Shown: positions 41,078-49,597 of the stretch, one piece after another | How positions within the stretch are numbered: position 1 is the first letter of the stretch | How the letters are laid out: each line of letters starts with the position of its first letter | Origin: Fibrobacteria bacterium | Lineage (GTDB): Bacteria; Fibrobacterota; Fibrobacteria; UBA11236; JADFYW01 | Direction: 5' to 3' | NCBI GenBank assembly: GCA_050294405.1 | Contig: JBNKOC010000012.1 | Coordinates: 463,425-527,424 of the forward strand | Length of the DNA: 64,000 bases | Made by a program: the position numbers and the translations under genes | The notes under the pieces: generated by a model | The model's input: only the letters and a program-made list of their open reading frames with translations | Database searches by the model: none | What the model was told of the DNA's origin: nothing

Positions 41078-41954
41078 ACATATAACCGAATATAAATATT
41101 CGGATTATGTAAGTTATTGCCATAATATCGCTATGTTAAAACCCCGGAGTTATAGTGGTAACGAATTAATTGACTTTACCCTTGAAATTGATCCGATTCC
41201 GGCTCAAATCAGCGAAGGGTTGGATTTTTTTGGAAATAATTTAACCCGTTTTTCCATACACGAAATGCATCAAATGTTGCGAGTTCGCTCTCACAGCTTG
41301 ATTTCCAGGGGAGTGTTGCAATATGAACTAGGTGAAGGAAGAAAAATGCCTTCTCCTATTACCGTTGCCCAAACCAGAGAAGAATTAAAAAAAATTAATC
41401 CAGACTACATTTTGGCCAGGCAATATATAATTGAGTCTCAATTGATTAATAATTATCCGCAATCTATTTTAGAATATTCCAGTAAATTTTTCGGACCAGA
41501 AACACCCTTGTTTGAAGCGTCCTTGGAATTAACATCTGGCATATATAACGATTTTGAATTTGTTCCTGGGTTTACCACTATTACCACTCCTTTAAATGAA
41601 GTAATGGATGGGAAAAAAGGCGTATGCCAGGATTTTGCGCATATAGCCATTGCCTGTCTTCGTGCTCAGGGATTAGCCGCCCGTTATGTTAGTGGTTATA
41701 TAGAAACAATTGCTCCTCCAGGCCAGCCTAAACTTACAGGGGTAGATGCCTCTCATGCCTGGTTTGCAGTTTTTATTCCTGGAATGGGCTGGGTTGATTT
41801 TGACCCAACCAATAACCAACTTCCTGGAGAAAATTATGTGACAATGGCTTGGGGAAGGGACTACTACGATGTGCCCCCTTTAAAAGGAGTAATCTATACA
41901 AATGGAGCGAACAGTTTAAAGGTCTCCGTCCATATGGAACAGGTTAAATCATAA
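41061..41954 (+). CDS. transglutaminase-like cysteine-protease-fold protein (third paralogue)
   Basis: GVCQDFAHIAIACLRAQGLAARYVSGYI (Cys). HAWFAVFIPGMGWVDFDPTNN (His/Asp). 297 aa. Overlaps the upstream gene by 17 nt. Confidence 0.75.
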   Translation: MIYSVEHITEYKYSDYVSYCHNIAMLKPRSYSGNELIDFTLEIDPIPAQISEGLDFFGNNLTRFSIHEMHQMLRVRSHSLISRGVLQYELGEGRKMPSPITVAQTREELKKINPDYILARQYIIESQLINNYPQSILEYSSKFFGPETPLFEASLELTSGIYNDFEFVPGFTTITTPLNEVMDGKKGVCQDFAHIAIACLRAQGLAARYVSGYIETIAPPGQPKLTGVDASHAWFAVFIPGMGWVDFDPTNNQLPGENYVTMAWGRDYYDVPPLKGVIYTNGANSLKVSVHMEQVKS

Positions 41955-41955
41955 T

Positions 41956-43380
41956 TTAAAATTGCAATTGAGGAAAAGTGGCAAGTTGTACTCCCAGGGC
42001 CATTTGGGCGAATATTTTGCGGGACTGTATAATTTTAGAACATTCCTCGTTGTTATATTGAGTGCATAGAAATTCCGCTTGTAACATTTCAGGGCTGTTA
42101 TCATGATTAACGGCAGCAACCGCTAGGAGAGTTTCACCATTTGTAGCTAAAGTTTCGAATAAATATTTTTCAGTTTGCCATTGGTAGTTTTCCATTGTGT
42201 TCAGATAAAGCCCTTTACGGTTTACGGTAACTCCGTATCTTGTCACGGGTTCAAAATAGCTCCATGCCTGGTCAGGAAACAATTGTCCGTTGGGGTAATC
42301 TTCCGTAAATTTTTTTTCAAACTTTATTGATTTTTGTTGAGCATCTATTAAATCGTTAGTTGGAACTATCATAAAATTGACTTCCATTCTTGTATCACCA
42401 ACGCTTGCGATATGATAATCCCCTTCATTGTATATTTTCGCCCCTTCTGGCAGGACCAGGGTGGCCCCGGATGTTTCTTCTTGGTAAATATCGTATCGAA
42501 AGGAAAATGGATCAAAATTTGAAAATAATTCTGCAAGCTGGCCAAGACTTAATTTATCATCGGCTGTTAGGGAAAGTTCTAGGAAACTTCTGGTCTTAAG
42601 TTTGGTCAGTTTTAAATTTCCAATTTTCTTGGTTTTTTCCACATCTACTTTCAAATCCGCCGCGAATAGTTCTTTAATTCCCTTCGCATTGGGCACTTTG
42701 GTTTCTACTGAATTTTCTAATTCGAGAATTTGGTTGGAAGGAATTCCCCAACAAATACCAATAGCTCCATTTTCCAGGCCTCCGTCCACAACTCCAATGA
42801 CCTTTCCCTGTTTATCTAAAATTGGGCCGCCAGATAGGCCCGGGACTAAATTGCCTTCAAGGTTGATAATTTCAATATCAGTACTGGGGTATTCTTTTAT
42901 GTTGTTCAATGCTTTGGCAGGCAAAATAGTTTTGAGTTTATTGCCTCCAAACCTCACTTTAATTTCCGTACTGCTGGCGCTGGAAATGTTTAAGGGGAAG
43001 CCAAGAGCATCCAGAGTTTGCTTTGCCTTTGGAAGCTCAACATTAAGACTAAGAGCTGCGCGATTTAAAGGTGCTAGAAGGGATAATAATACCAGATCAG
43101 ATTTTTTGAGCACTTTAATTACTTTGGCCTTGGAAGTTTTGATGATTTTTCCATCATCATTGATATATTTGACTAATATTTTTGATTTTCCATCTACAAC
43201 ATGCAAAGATGTTACGACCCAATCAGTTTGTTTCCAAATAAACCCTGAAGCGTTACTACTTTCTGTTTCAACCTTAACTACAGATAAACTTGCGTTTTTT
43301 AATATTTCAGTCCCATATATGTCCAGGTTTAATATCAGGGCATATAAAAAAACAACCGATATATATATTCTTTTGTCCAT
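41956..43380 (-). CDS. secreted trypsin-like (S1/chymotrypsin-fold) serine protease with an uncharacterised ~250-aa C-terminal domain
   Basis: Signal peptide (ISVVFLYALILNLDIYG). Catalytic triad context: His (WVVTSLHVVDG), Asp (SDLVLLSLL), Ser (GNLVPGLSGGPILD). No PDZ motif recognised. Confidence 0.7.
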   Translation of the reverse strand: MDKRIYISVVFLYALILNLDIYGTEILKNASLSVVKVETESSNASGFIWKQTDWVVTSLHVVDGKSKILVKYINDDGKIIKTSKAKVIKVLKKSDLVLLSLLAPLNRAALSLNVELPKAKQTLDALGFPLNISSASSTEIKVRFGGNKLKTILPAKALNNIKEYPSTDIEIINLEGNLVPGLSGGPILDKQGKVIGVVDGGLENGAIGICWGIPSNQILELENSVETKVPNAKGIKELFAADLKVDVEKTKKIGNLKLTKLKTRSFLELSLTADDKLSLGQLAELFSNFDPFSFRYDIYQEETSGATLVLPEGAKIYNEGDYHIASVGDTRMEVNFMIVPTNDLIDAQQKSIKFEKKFTEDYPNGQLFPDQAWSYFEPVTRYGVTVNRKGLYLNTMENYQWQTEKYLFETLATNGETLLAVAAVNHDNSPEMLQAEFLCTQYNNEECSKIIQSRKIFAQMALGVQLATFPQLQF

Positions 43381-44036
43381 TACTCCGGGCTGCAGTAATC
43401 CTTTAGAATGGAATTTAAAATTTGCTCTTTATCTTCCTTATTGATGTTGCTGCTTAATAAGGAATTTGTAGTACTGGCTAAGTGTTTCAAGTTGAATGCT
43501 TGATAATATTCATAGGCAGATTGCAACCCGTCAAATTTATCTAACTGGATTTTATCGCAAAGGCTGGTATCTTTTTCTGAGAACAGTACCGTTTGCTTAA
43601 TTTGACTGGCAATTAGTGTGGCCGAATCTGCCACTGTTGCATTTTTAGGCAAAAGGTACTTTTCTTTTATTATGTCTCTGGATTCTGATTCACTATATCC
43701 CAAATTTAATAGTTCCTGATAATTTTCTTGCAGACTTTTGTCTCTAGGAGATAAAAAGTCATGTGTGCGCATATATATCCCCATAATAATTCCGAGTATA
43801 CATGCTAATCCAAAGGACCCTGCCCGCACCCCTACAATTTTCAGTTGTTCAGTGGAAACTTTAGGCTCAGATTTCTTGTCGCCTGCAAGGCCGGGAAGGT
43901 CAGCCCCTATTAATGAGGATAGCAAAGCTGTTATGGACCCGACAACCAAGCCTACAATAGGCGAAGAAGACAACCCTAAAAGGAAACCAATTAGTAGCCC
44001 TAAACCTACTCCCGAATAAACTTGAGAAAAAATCAT
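43380..44036 (-). CDS. small membrane protein (2-3 N-terminal TM helices + soluble C-terminal domain), function unknown
   Basis: Gly/Leu-rich helices (GVGLGLLIGFLLGLSSSPIVGLVVGSITALLSSLIG; FGLACILGIIMGIYM). Its stop shares a nucleotide with the start of the downstream protease gene (translational coupling). Confidence 0.4.
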   Translation of the reverse strand: MIFSQVYSGVGLGLLIGFLLGLSSSPIVGLVVGSITALLSSLIGADLPGLAGDKKSEPKVSTEQLKIVGVRAGSFGLACILGIIMGIYMRTHDFLSPRDKSLQENYQELLNLGYSESESRDIIKEKYLLPKNATVADSATLIASQIKQTVLFSEKDTSLCDKIQLDKFDGLQSAYEYYQAFNLKHLASTTNSLLSSNINKEDKEQILNSILKDYCSPE

Positions 44037-44110
44037 TTCTTAAAAATTGTTGTGATTTTCAAAATATAGAATATTGAAATATAAAATAGTGCTTCAATTT
44101 ACCAGAGGGG

Positions 44111-44749
44111 TTACCTATCGAAGAAACCGATTCCTTGGAAAATTTTATCCATACATTTTTCAATTCGGGAGGTTCGCGTAGCAGATTGCTTAGGCTGGGA
44201 AAAATAAATTAAATAGCCTTTTTGCCGACCAGGAGTTAATTTTTTAAACGCCTTTTCAAATCTTGGGTTATTTAAAAAAATTTCATTCAGTTCCTCTGGA
44301 ATAGGATATTCATCAACAGATTTAAAGGAAACTTTAAGCCCTTTCTTTTCTATTTCAATTGCCTGGGAAATAAAAGAGGATATTGTTTTTTCCATTCTTT
44401 TTATTTCGTTTGTGTTTGTGAATTTGAGTAGTCGGGAGGCTTGTGAATGGTCTCCTGGGCTAAATAATTTATTATCGGGGTCCTTAATTAGGGAACCTTT
44501 AAAAAAACTAATGGAAGCGTATTCCTTGAATGCGCTAATAATACATATGTTTTTTTTGCCTGATGTATAACAGGGTACGCCCCATTTTATTTCTTCATGC
44601 AAGTTCATTTTAAGGGCTATTTTCCGCAGAGCTTTTAACTCTTGTAACCAGCTGTTTACTTTACATTGGGGAGTGCTGGCGTAGGAGCAGCGCCCACAAC
44701 CTTTTTTTAAATACTCATCTACAGTTAAAGGTTTTTTATCCATATTCAC
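44111..44749 (-). CDS. DUF1801/YdeI-like domain protein with an N-terminal Cys cluster
   Basis: 212 aa, cytosolic. CGRCSYASTPQC motif near the N-terminus. Remainder resembles YdeI/DUF1801-family proteins. Weak assignment. Confidence 0.35.
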   Translation of the reverse strand: MNMDKKPLTVDEYLKKGCGRCSYASTPQCKVNSWLQELKALRKIALKMNLHEEIKWGVPCYTSGKKNICIISAFKEYASISFFKGSLIKDPDNKLFSPGDHSQASRLLKFTNTNEIKRMEKTISSFISQAIEIEKKGLKVSFKSVDEYPIPEELNEIFLNNPRFEKAFKKLTPGRQKGYLIYFSQPKQSATRTSRIEKCMDKIFQGIGFFDR

Positions 44750-44918
44750 TACCCTATCGGATTAAGCTCAATTTGTACATAAAACCTAAATAAAAATACA
44801 TTTAAAGCCAGGAAATCAAAAAATTTTTCGAATCCAGTTGGCCAGAGTAAATTTTCGTTTATTTTAAAAAAAGAATTGCCGGGAAATTTTTTCAATCGGC
44901 GATAATCCGGGGGGATAG

Positions 44919-46316
44919 ATGAATATAAATCCAAAATTGGCTTTTTCTTTTGTTTTGATTGGTTTTTTCTTTGCACATGCCCAGAAAGATAAGTTTGAAA
45001 AAGTTCAGCTTTCCGATGAATATTGGGCCGAAGCCGCCTATGCGGCAGATTTAAATAATGACGGCAATGTGGATGTAGTTGCAGGGGCGGCCTGGTGGGA
45101 GGGTCCTGATTTTAATCAGCAGCATAGTTTTTATAATCAAGGTCCCTATACAGGCCAATATTCCAGTTGCTGGAGGATTTATGCTTTTGATATTAATGAC
45201 GATGGGTTTAAAGATCCCATTGTAATTAAGGGGCCTGGAAATGACGCTCACTGGTACCAAAATAATGGAAGTACCGGAAATTGGCAGGGTCATAGAATCT
45301 CCGGTGGCAATCAGAATGAAAGCCCCATGATGTACGATATAGATGGGGATGGGTTGGTGGATTTGTTATCCGGACAAAGCGGGCGGATAGGAATTTACAA
45401 GGCGGGCTCCAACCCAACTCAGGGATGGTCCTTTATCCAGGTTTCTGAATCTGGTTTCACGGAAACCAATCTGCACGGAATTGGGGGAGGGGATGTAAAT
45501 GGGGATGGAAGGGATGACGTTTTACATAAAAATGGTTGGTGGGAACAACCTCAAAATTTGAACGGCCAGTGGATACATCATGAGCATGATTTTTTTGCCC
45601 CTGATTTTGTAAGGGAAAAAACAGGGGGAGCGGATATGTATACTTATGATGTGGATGGTGATGGCGACAACGATGTCATTACGAATTTGCAGGCTCATGG
45701 ACGGGGAATAGGTTGGTTTGAAAATTTGGACGGGGATGGTGAAGAATTTAAGATGCATATTATATTGCCGCCTCATTCAAGTTCCACAGGCGAAGCGGAT
45801 ACGGCTGGTTATGGTGTCTCCCTATTGGCTGTTCATGCGCTTGCTCTGGCAGATATGAATGGAGATGGACTTATGGATTTGGTGGCTGGCTCCCGTTACT
45901 GGACTCATCATATTCCCATACCGGAAGGAACGGGGGAACCTCAGGTTTGGTGGTTTGAGCTCACCAGGGGGGACAGTGTTAAATATATTCCTCACGAAAT
46001 AAGTGACGAAGCCAGCGTGGGTACAGGATTACATGTAACGGATATTAATGGAGATGATATGCCAGATGTTGTTGTTGCAGAACCAAACGGGGTTTTCATG
46101 TTTATTAATAAATATGAAAAGCCTGTATCAACCAAGCCTTTTGTAATTAAGCCTTCGCAGGCACTTAATAGGCCTTTAAAATTAAATGGGAAAAATGGGA
46201 TATTTGCAGTGGAAATAGATTCAAAATGGGGGCTCAGGCATATTAACGGAAGGGCTATAAGAAGCATGCATAATAAAAGTATTCCTTTAACCAGGAAAAT
46301 TCCTGGTTCAGAATAA
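44919..46316 (+). CDS. secreted FG-GAP repeat (integrin-alpha-like 7-bladed beta-propeller) protein
   Basis: Signal peptide (LAFSFVLIGFFFAHA). Six or more Ca-binding DxDGDGxxD loops (DINDDGFKD, DIDGDGLVD, DVNGDGRDD, DVDGDGDND, DMNGDGLMD, DINGDDMPD), each preceded by hydrophobic beta-strands. Confidence 0.7.
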   Translation: MNINPKLAFSFVLIGFFFAHAQKDKFEKVQLSDEYWAEAAYAADLNNDGNVDVVAGAAWWEGPDFNQQHSFYNQGPYTGQYSSCWRIYAFDINDDGFKDPIVIKGPGNDAHWYQNNGSTGNWQGHRISGGNQNESPMMYDIDGDGLVDLLSGQSGRIGIYKAGSNPTQGWSFIQVSESGFTETNLHGIGGGDVNGDGRDDVLHKNGWWEQPQNLNGQWIHHEHDFFAPDFVREKTGGADMYTYDVDGDGDNDVITNLQAHGRGIGWFENLDGDGEEFKMHIILPPHSSSTGEADTAGYGVSLLAVHALALADMNGDGLMDLVAGSRYWTHHIPIPEGTGEPQVWWFELTRGDSVKYIPHEISDEASVGTGLHVTDINGDDMPDVVVAEPNGVFMFINKYEKPVSTKPFVIKPSQALNRPLKLNGKNGIFAVEIDSKWGLRHINGRAIRSMHNKSIPLTRKIPGSE

Positions 46317-46780
46317 ATTTATCCATTATGCCTCCATAGAAGCAAAATCAATTGGTGAAGGGGAATATGTTTAAGAACATTCAAAGATGCTTAGCTTTTG
46401 GGTTTGACCTACCACTTCACCCTACGGGCATATGAACAACTTTGGGTGCCCTATGGCAATTTATTTCTTTCCATGCTGCTAATTGTCATGGCCACAGTAA
46501 AACTGTGGCATCAGGTTTCAGCTTAATTTTCTAAAACACAAGACGCAGGTAATAGAACCCTTCAATTCGCAAAAAAGGCTGGTTAGGCACCGGGTTTTTG
46601 CAAATTGATTTTGTTTATAATGGCGTGACCGGCCCTGTCTATTAACATTTTGGATCCTTTATCGATCCTCGTTTTTTTTTTGGTTGCATTTTTGTCTGGA
46701 TTATTCGTCGGATTTAAAGATACGAGGATGCTGTGTGGTTTCGTAATAAACTGTTAAACTTTTGCAGCGCAATTTAATAT

Positions 46781-47860
46781 ATGAACAAAAGGAGTTTTAA
46801 AATGAAGTTGAAATTAAGGAAATTTTATCAAGCAGGGTTAGGTATCACAATACTGTCCATGACAGGTTGTCTAATGTCAAAAACAGATAAAACACCCGAT
46901 ACAACAAAAGTGTCCAGTTCACAGGTAGAGAATGACATCATTGATAGGGATCCAAACGCACTGTTAGAATTAAAGGCTAACAACGGAAATATTATCCGAT
47001 TTTATGATCGAGGAACCTTTATGGTGGCCACAGAAATTGGCGAGAATGGAAAGGAACATTATATAGATCCCCAAAACAGTAAATCTCAATCCCTAAGCGA
47101 ACTCTATTCTGAATTACATCCGGGAGAGGCGGTTCCGCGGGAACTGCTGCTGGCCGAAAATACTATAACTGAATTAGATGAAGAACAACTGGAAGATATT
47201 CCTGAATCCGAAGAAAACATGTTTGAAAAAGATGATACGGATCTGCCGCAAAAAGATGGGGCGCTCGGAAAGGCCGGGGTCACAACTTCTGAAACGACCT
47301 TTAAAAATAATTACTGCAATAACAGTAAAATGGTAGAATATACAGGATCGGGCCATAACTTTCGGACGCTCAAATGCGGCTGGCATCGGACTAAAGTGGG
47401 ATCTGGTGACTCGTGGCAAACGGCGGAAGAAACCAAAGAAATGTATGGTCGTGTGGAAGTTTACCGCGGCACCTTGAAGTTTTCGGTTTCTGAACGAAGA
47501 AGTCTGAGCGGAAGTTCATTCAAGGAGTCGGTGTCTCCCACAACGGTTAGTTCAGGTAATTCGGCTTCAAAAAGGGTATATGTTAAGCATGGTGTGAAGT
47601 ACAGATATGATTTTCGATATTTTTTAAAAAACCATGAAAATGACGGTTTTAACTGGGCGGTACAACAAGAAACATTCAACAATAAAAGATACTGCCACGA
47701 ACAAAAGAGGTATTATTGTCTTTGGGCTCCCTTGACACAACCGGTAACCTTTAAGGAATGCCGCAGTACTTTGGATGAAGCCAGAAGGGTGGTGGCTGCT
47801 CAAAAGGATCAGTGGGGAGATCAACATGGATGTTGGGAAAGCCGTTCATGGGTTGAATAA
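46781..47860 (+). CDS. hypothetical lipoprotein with an acidic linker and a Cys-rich C-terminal domain
   Basis: Lipobox LSMTG-C. An acidic stretch (EEQLEDIPESEENMFEKDDTD). A C-terminal domain with 8 Cys. No recognisable family. Confidence 0.4.
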   Translation: MNKRSFKMKLKLRKFYQAGLGITILSMTGCLMSKTDKTPDTTKVSSSQVENDIIDRDPNALLELKANNGNIIRFYDRGTFMVATEIGENGKEHYIDPQNSKSQSLSELYSELHPGEAVPRELLLAENTITELDEEQLEDIPESEENMFEKDDTDLPQKDGALGKAGVTTSETTFKNNYCNNSKMVEYTGSGHNFRTLKCGWHRTKVGSGDSWQTAEETKEMYGRVEVYRGTLKFSVSERRSLSGSSFKESVSPTTVSSGNSASKRVYVKHGVKYRYDFRYFLKNHENDGFNWAVQQETFNNKRYCHEQKRYYCLWAPLTQPVTFKECRSTLDEARRVVAAQKDQWGDQHGCWESRSWVE

Positions 47861-48138
47861 CCTATTGACAATTGAGTGATGAAGTAAGGGTTTCACAGGT
47901 TGAAACCCTTATTAGTAGTGTTTTCCCATTCATATTTTGCGCGTCAAAAAATGGCAAGACTTCGCCTTTAATACATGAACAGCAGTAATAGGCATTTTAT
48001 TTGTGTGTAGAGTTAAATTAATAACTCTTGGAGTCTCCATGGCCATACCGCATTATTGCTCAACTGTCAGGTGAATACGATCACTGTACACCAATAAGAA
48101 TTATTGGAATTAATTTTCGGTTAGATTTTTTTGATTCC

Positions 48139-49038
48139 TTAGCTTCTTTCATCGGCTGTATTCATGTTACTTTTTTTCCATTCATCAAATGGTTCCATAT
48201 TAATCATATTTTCAATATTTAAATTTAATTTCCAATTTTTAGAAAAATACATATGTGGTTTAATGTTTTCAAAAGTTTCTTTTTTATCATCCATAGAATA
48301 AATATTTTTCATTGAGTATCTTTCAACTGCTGAAATAAGAGCTGATACATTTATTCCGCACCATTTAATTCGTTTTGATAATTTATTAATATCAAATAAT
48401 ATCACATTTTCCTCTTTAATAACAGTTTGGTATTGTTTAGTAGGAATATTAGGATATTTATTTTTAAAAATATTATACATATGCTCACAATAGAGCATTA
48501 TGTCAAAGGCTTCTTTTTTAATTATTTGAACTGTCTCAGCAAAGTTGTTGTAAATTGTGGGATGTGAAGAAAATGTTTCGTACCATTTATTTATTGGTTC
48601 ATATGGGTTTTTAAATGCTAATTCGCCTGTCACAAGTTCACTTGTGTATGCACGCCCATCAAATTTTGGAATTTGGAAAAATTTTTTGCACTTATCATTA
48701 AAAACATTGAATAATGCTATTTGATCCCTAAATTCAAGTAATAATGGTCTAAGCTCTTTATAAACATTTAAGAGTAAATTGGATTCTATTTCTTCTTTCT
48801 TTAATTTTTTATTAAATCCATGTACAACAAACCAACCAAAGACAGATAACAATAAAGAAATGCTTAAAATTATATTTCCAATAGAAATTGATTTGTCAAA
48901 TTTTATGAGCTTTAAAAAGTCAAGCTGTGAAATTATTACCAAAATAAACAGAGCTACTAGGGCAAATTGATTAGCCCAAAATAACCAGTTATTTTGCATA
49001 TTAAAACTAGCCTTTATTTTGTTGTCTAATTTTTGCAT
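48139..49038 (-). CDS. hypothetical membrane-anchored protein in an AT-rich islet next to the tRNA-Arg gene
   Basis: Two N-terminal TM helices (WLFWANQFALVALFILVIISQL; IGNIILSISLLLSVFGWFVV). Lys/Asn/Ile-rich composition. Local GC visibly lower than the flanks. No recognisable motif. Confidence 0.35.
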   Translation of the reverse strand: MQKLDNKIKASFNMQNNWLFWANQFALVALFILVIISQLDFLKLIKFDKSISIGNIILSISLLLSVFGWFVVHGFNKKLKKEEIESNLLLNVYKELRPLLLEFRDQIALFNVFNDKCKKFFQIPKFDGRAYTSELVTGELAFKNPYEPINKWYETFSSHPTIYNNFAETVQIIKKEAFDIMLYCEHMYNIFKNKYPNIPTKQYQTVIKEENVILFDINKLSKRIKWCGINVSALISAVERYSMKNIYSMDDKKETFENIKPHMYFSKNWKLNLNIENMINMEPFDEWKKSNMNTADERS

Positions 49039-49341
49039 GGTTTTAAAATTTAGCTCCTGTGGTTCTGTAAACCACTTAATAATTTAGCGTAATTTGAGAA
49101 TGAACAATTCTTTTAACTTGACAAAAATAGTCAAGCCAACATCCATAAAAAAGGACCATTTGAAAATCCATTCAACGTTACTGAAATGTTACGAATTTGA
49201 CCCTAAAAATGCTCTTTTATCTCACTTTGTCACAACTTATGACAACCCTTTTAATTAACATCTATCATAAAAATTCTTTTAAAATAAAGATTTATGATTC
49301 TGCTTGATAAAATTGGCGAAATTTTGAAATGAGCGAAAGAG

Positions 49342-49415
49342 TACACCCGAGAGGATTCGAACCTCAGACCTTCTGCTCCGGAGGCAGACGCTCTATCCAG
49401 CTGAGCTACGGGTGC
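49342..49415 (-). tRNA. tRNA-Arg (anticodon CCG)
   Basis: Reverse complement GCACCCGUAGCUCAGCUGGAUAGAGCGUCUGCCUCCGGAGCAGAAGGUCUGAGGUUCGAAUCCUCUCGGGUGUA folds as a cloverleaf: 7-bp acceptor with a G1-U72 wobble, GCUC/GAGC D-stem, anticodon stem UCUGC/GCAGA with loop CU-CCG-GA, T-loop UUCGAAU, discriminator A. CCA is not encoded. Very similar to the E. coli argX tRNA recalled from memory. Confidence 0.85.
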
Positions 49416-49597
49416 ATTTTCGAATTCAAATATATATTTTCGACCCGGCCTTTCAATTCCAAATTATTCCCCAATTTATCATTGGGCTTGGCCCGATAAA
49501 AACAGATTGACCCTGTTTGCCAAGGTATTTTATCATCAAATAAAGTCACAAATATCTCAAATCTGGACCAGGATATTCAACCGGGGTTTCTTTTGAA

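Noticed and set aside
46584-46602. Sigma-54-like promoter element GGCAC-N8-TTGCA upstream of the lipoprotein gene
   Set aside because: The spacing between the GG and GC dinucleotides is 13 nt rather than the invariant 11, and the -26 T is absent. Not callable as an RpoN promoter. Kept only as a note inside the intergenic-region finding.
46317-49415. Calling the tRNA-Arg-adjacent islet a mobile element
   Set aside because: No integrase, recombinase, transposase, phage structural gene or recognisable att direct repeat was found in the window. Only compositional and positional hints exist, so it is reported as a finding rather than a mobile_element feature.
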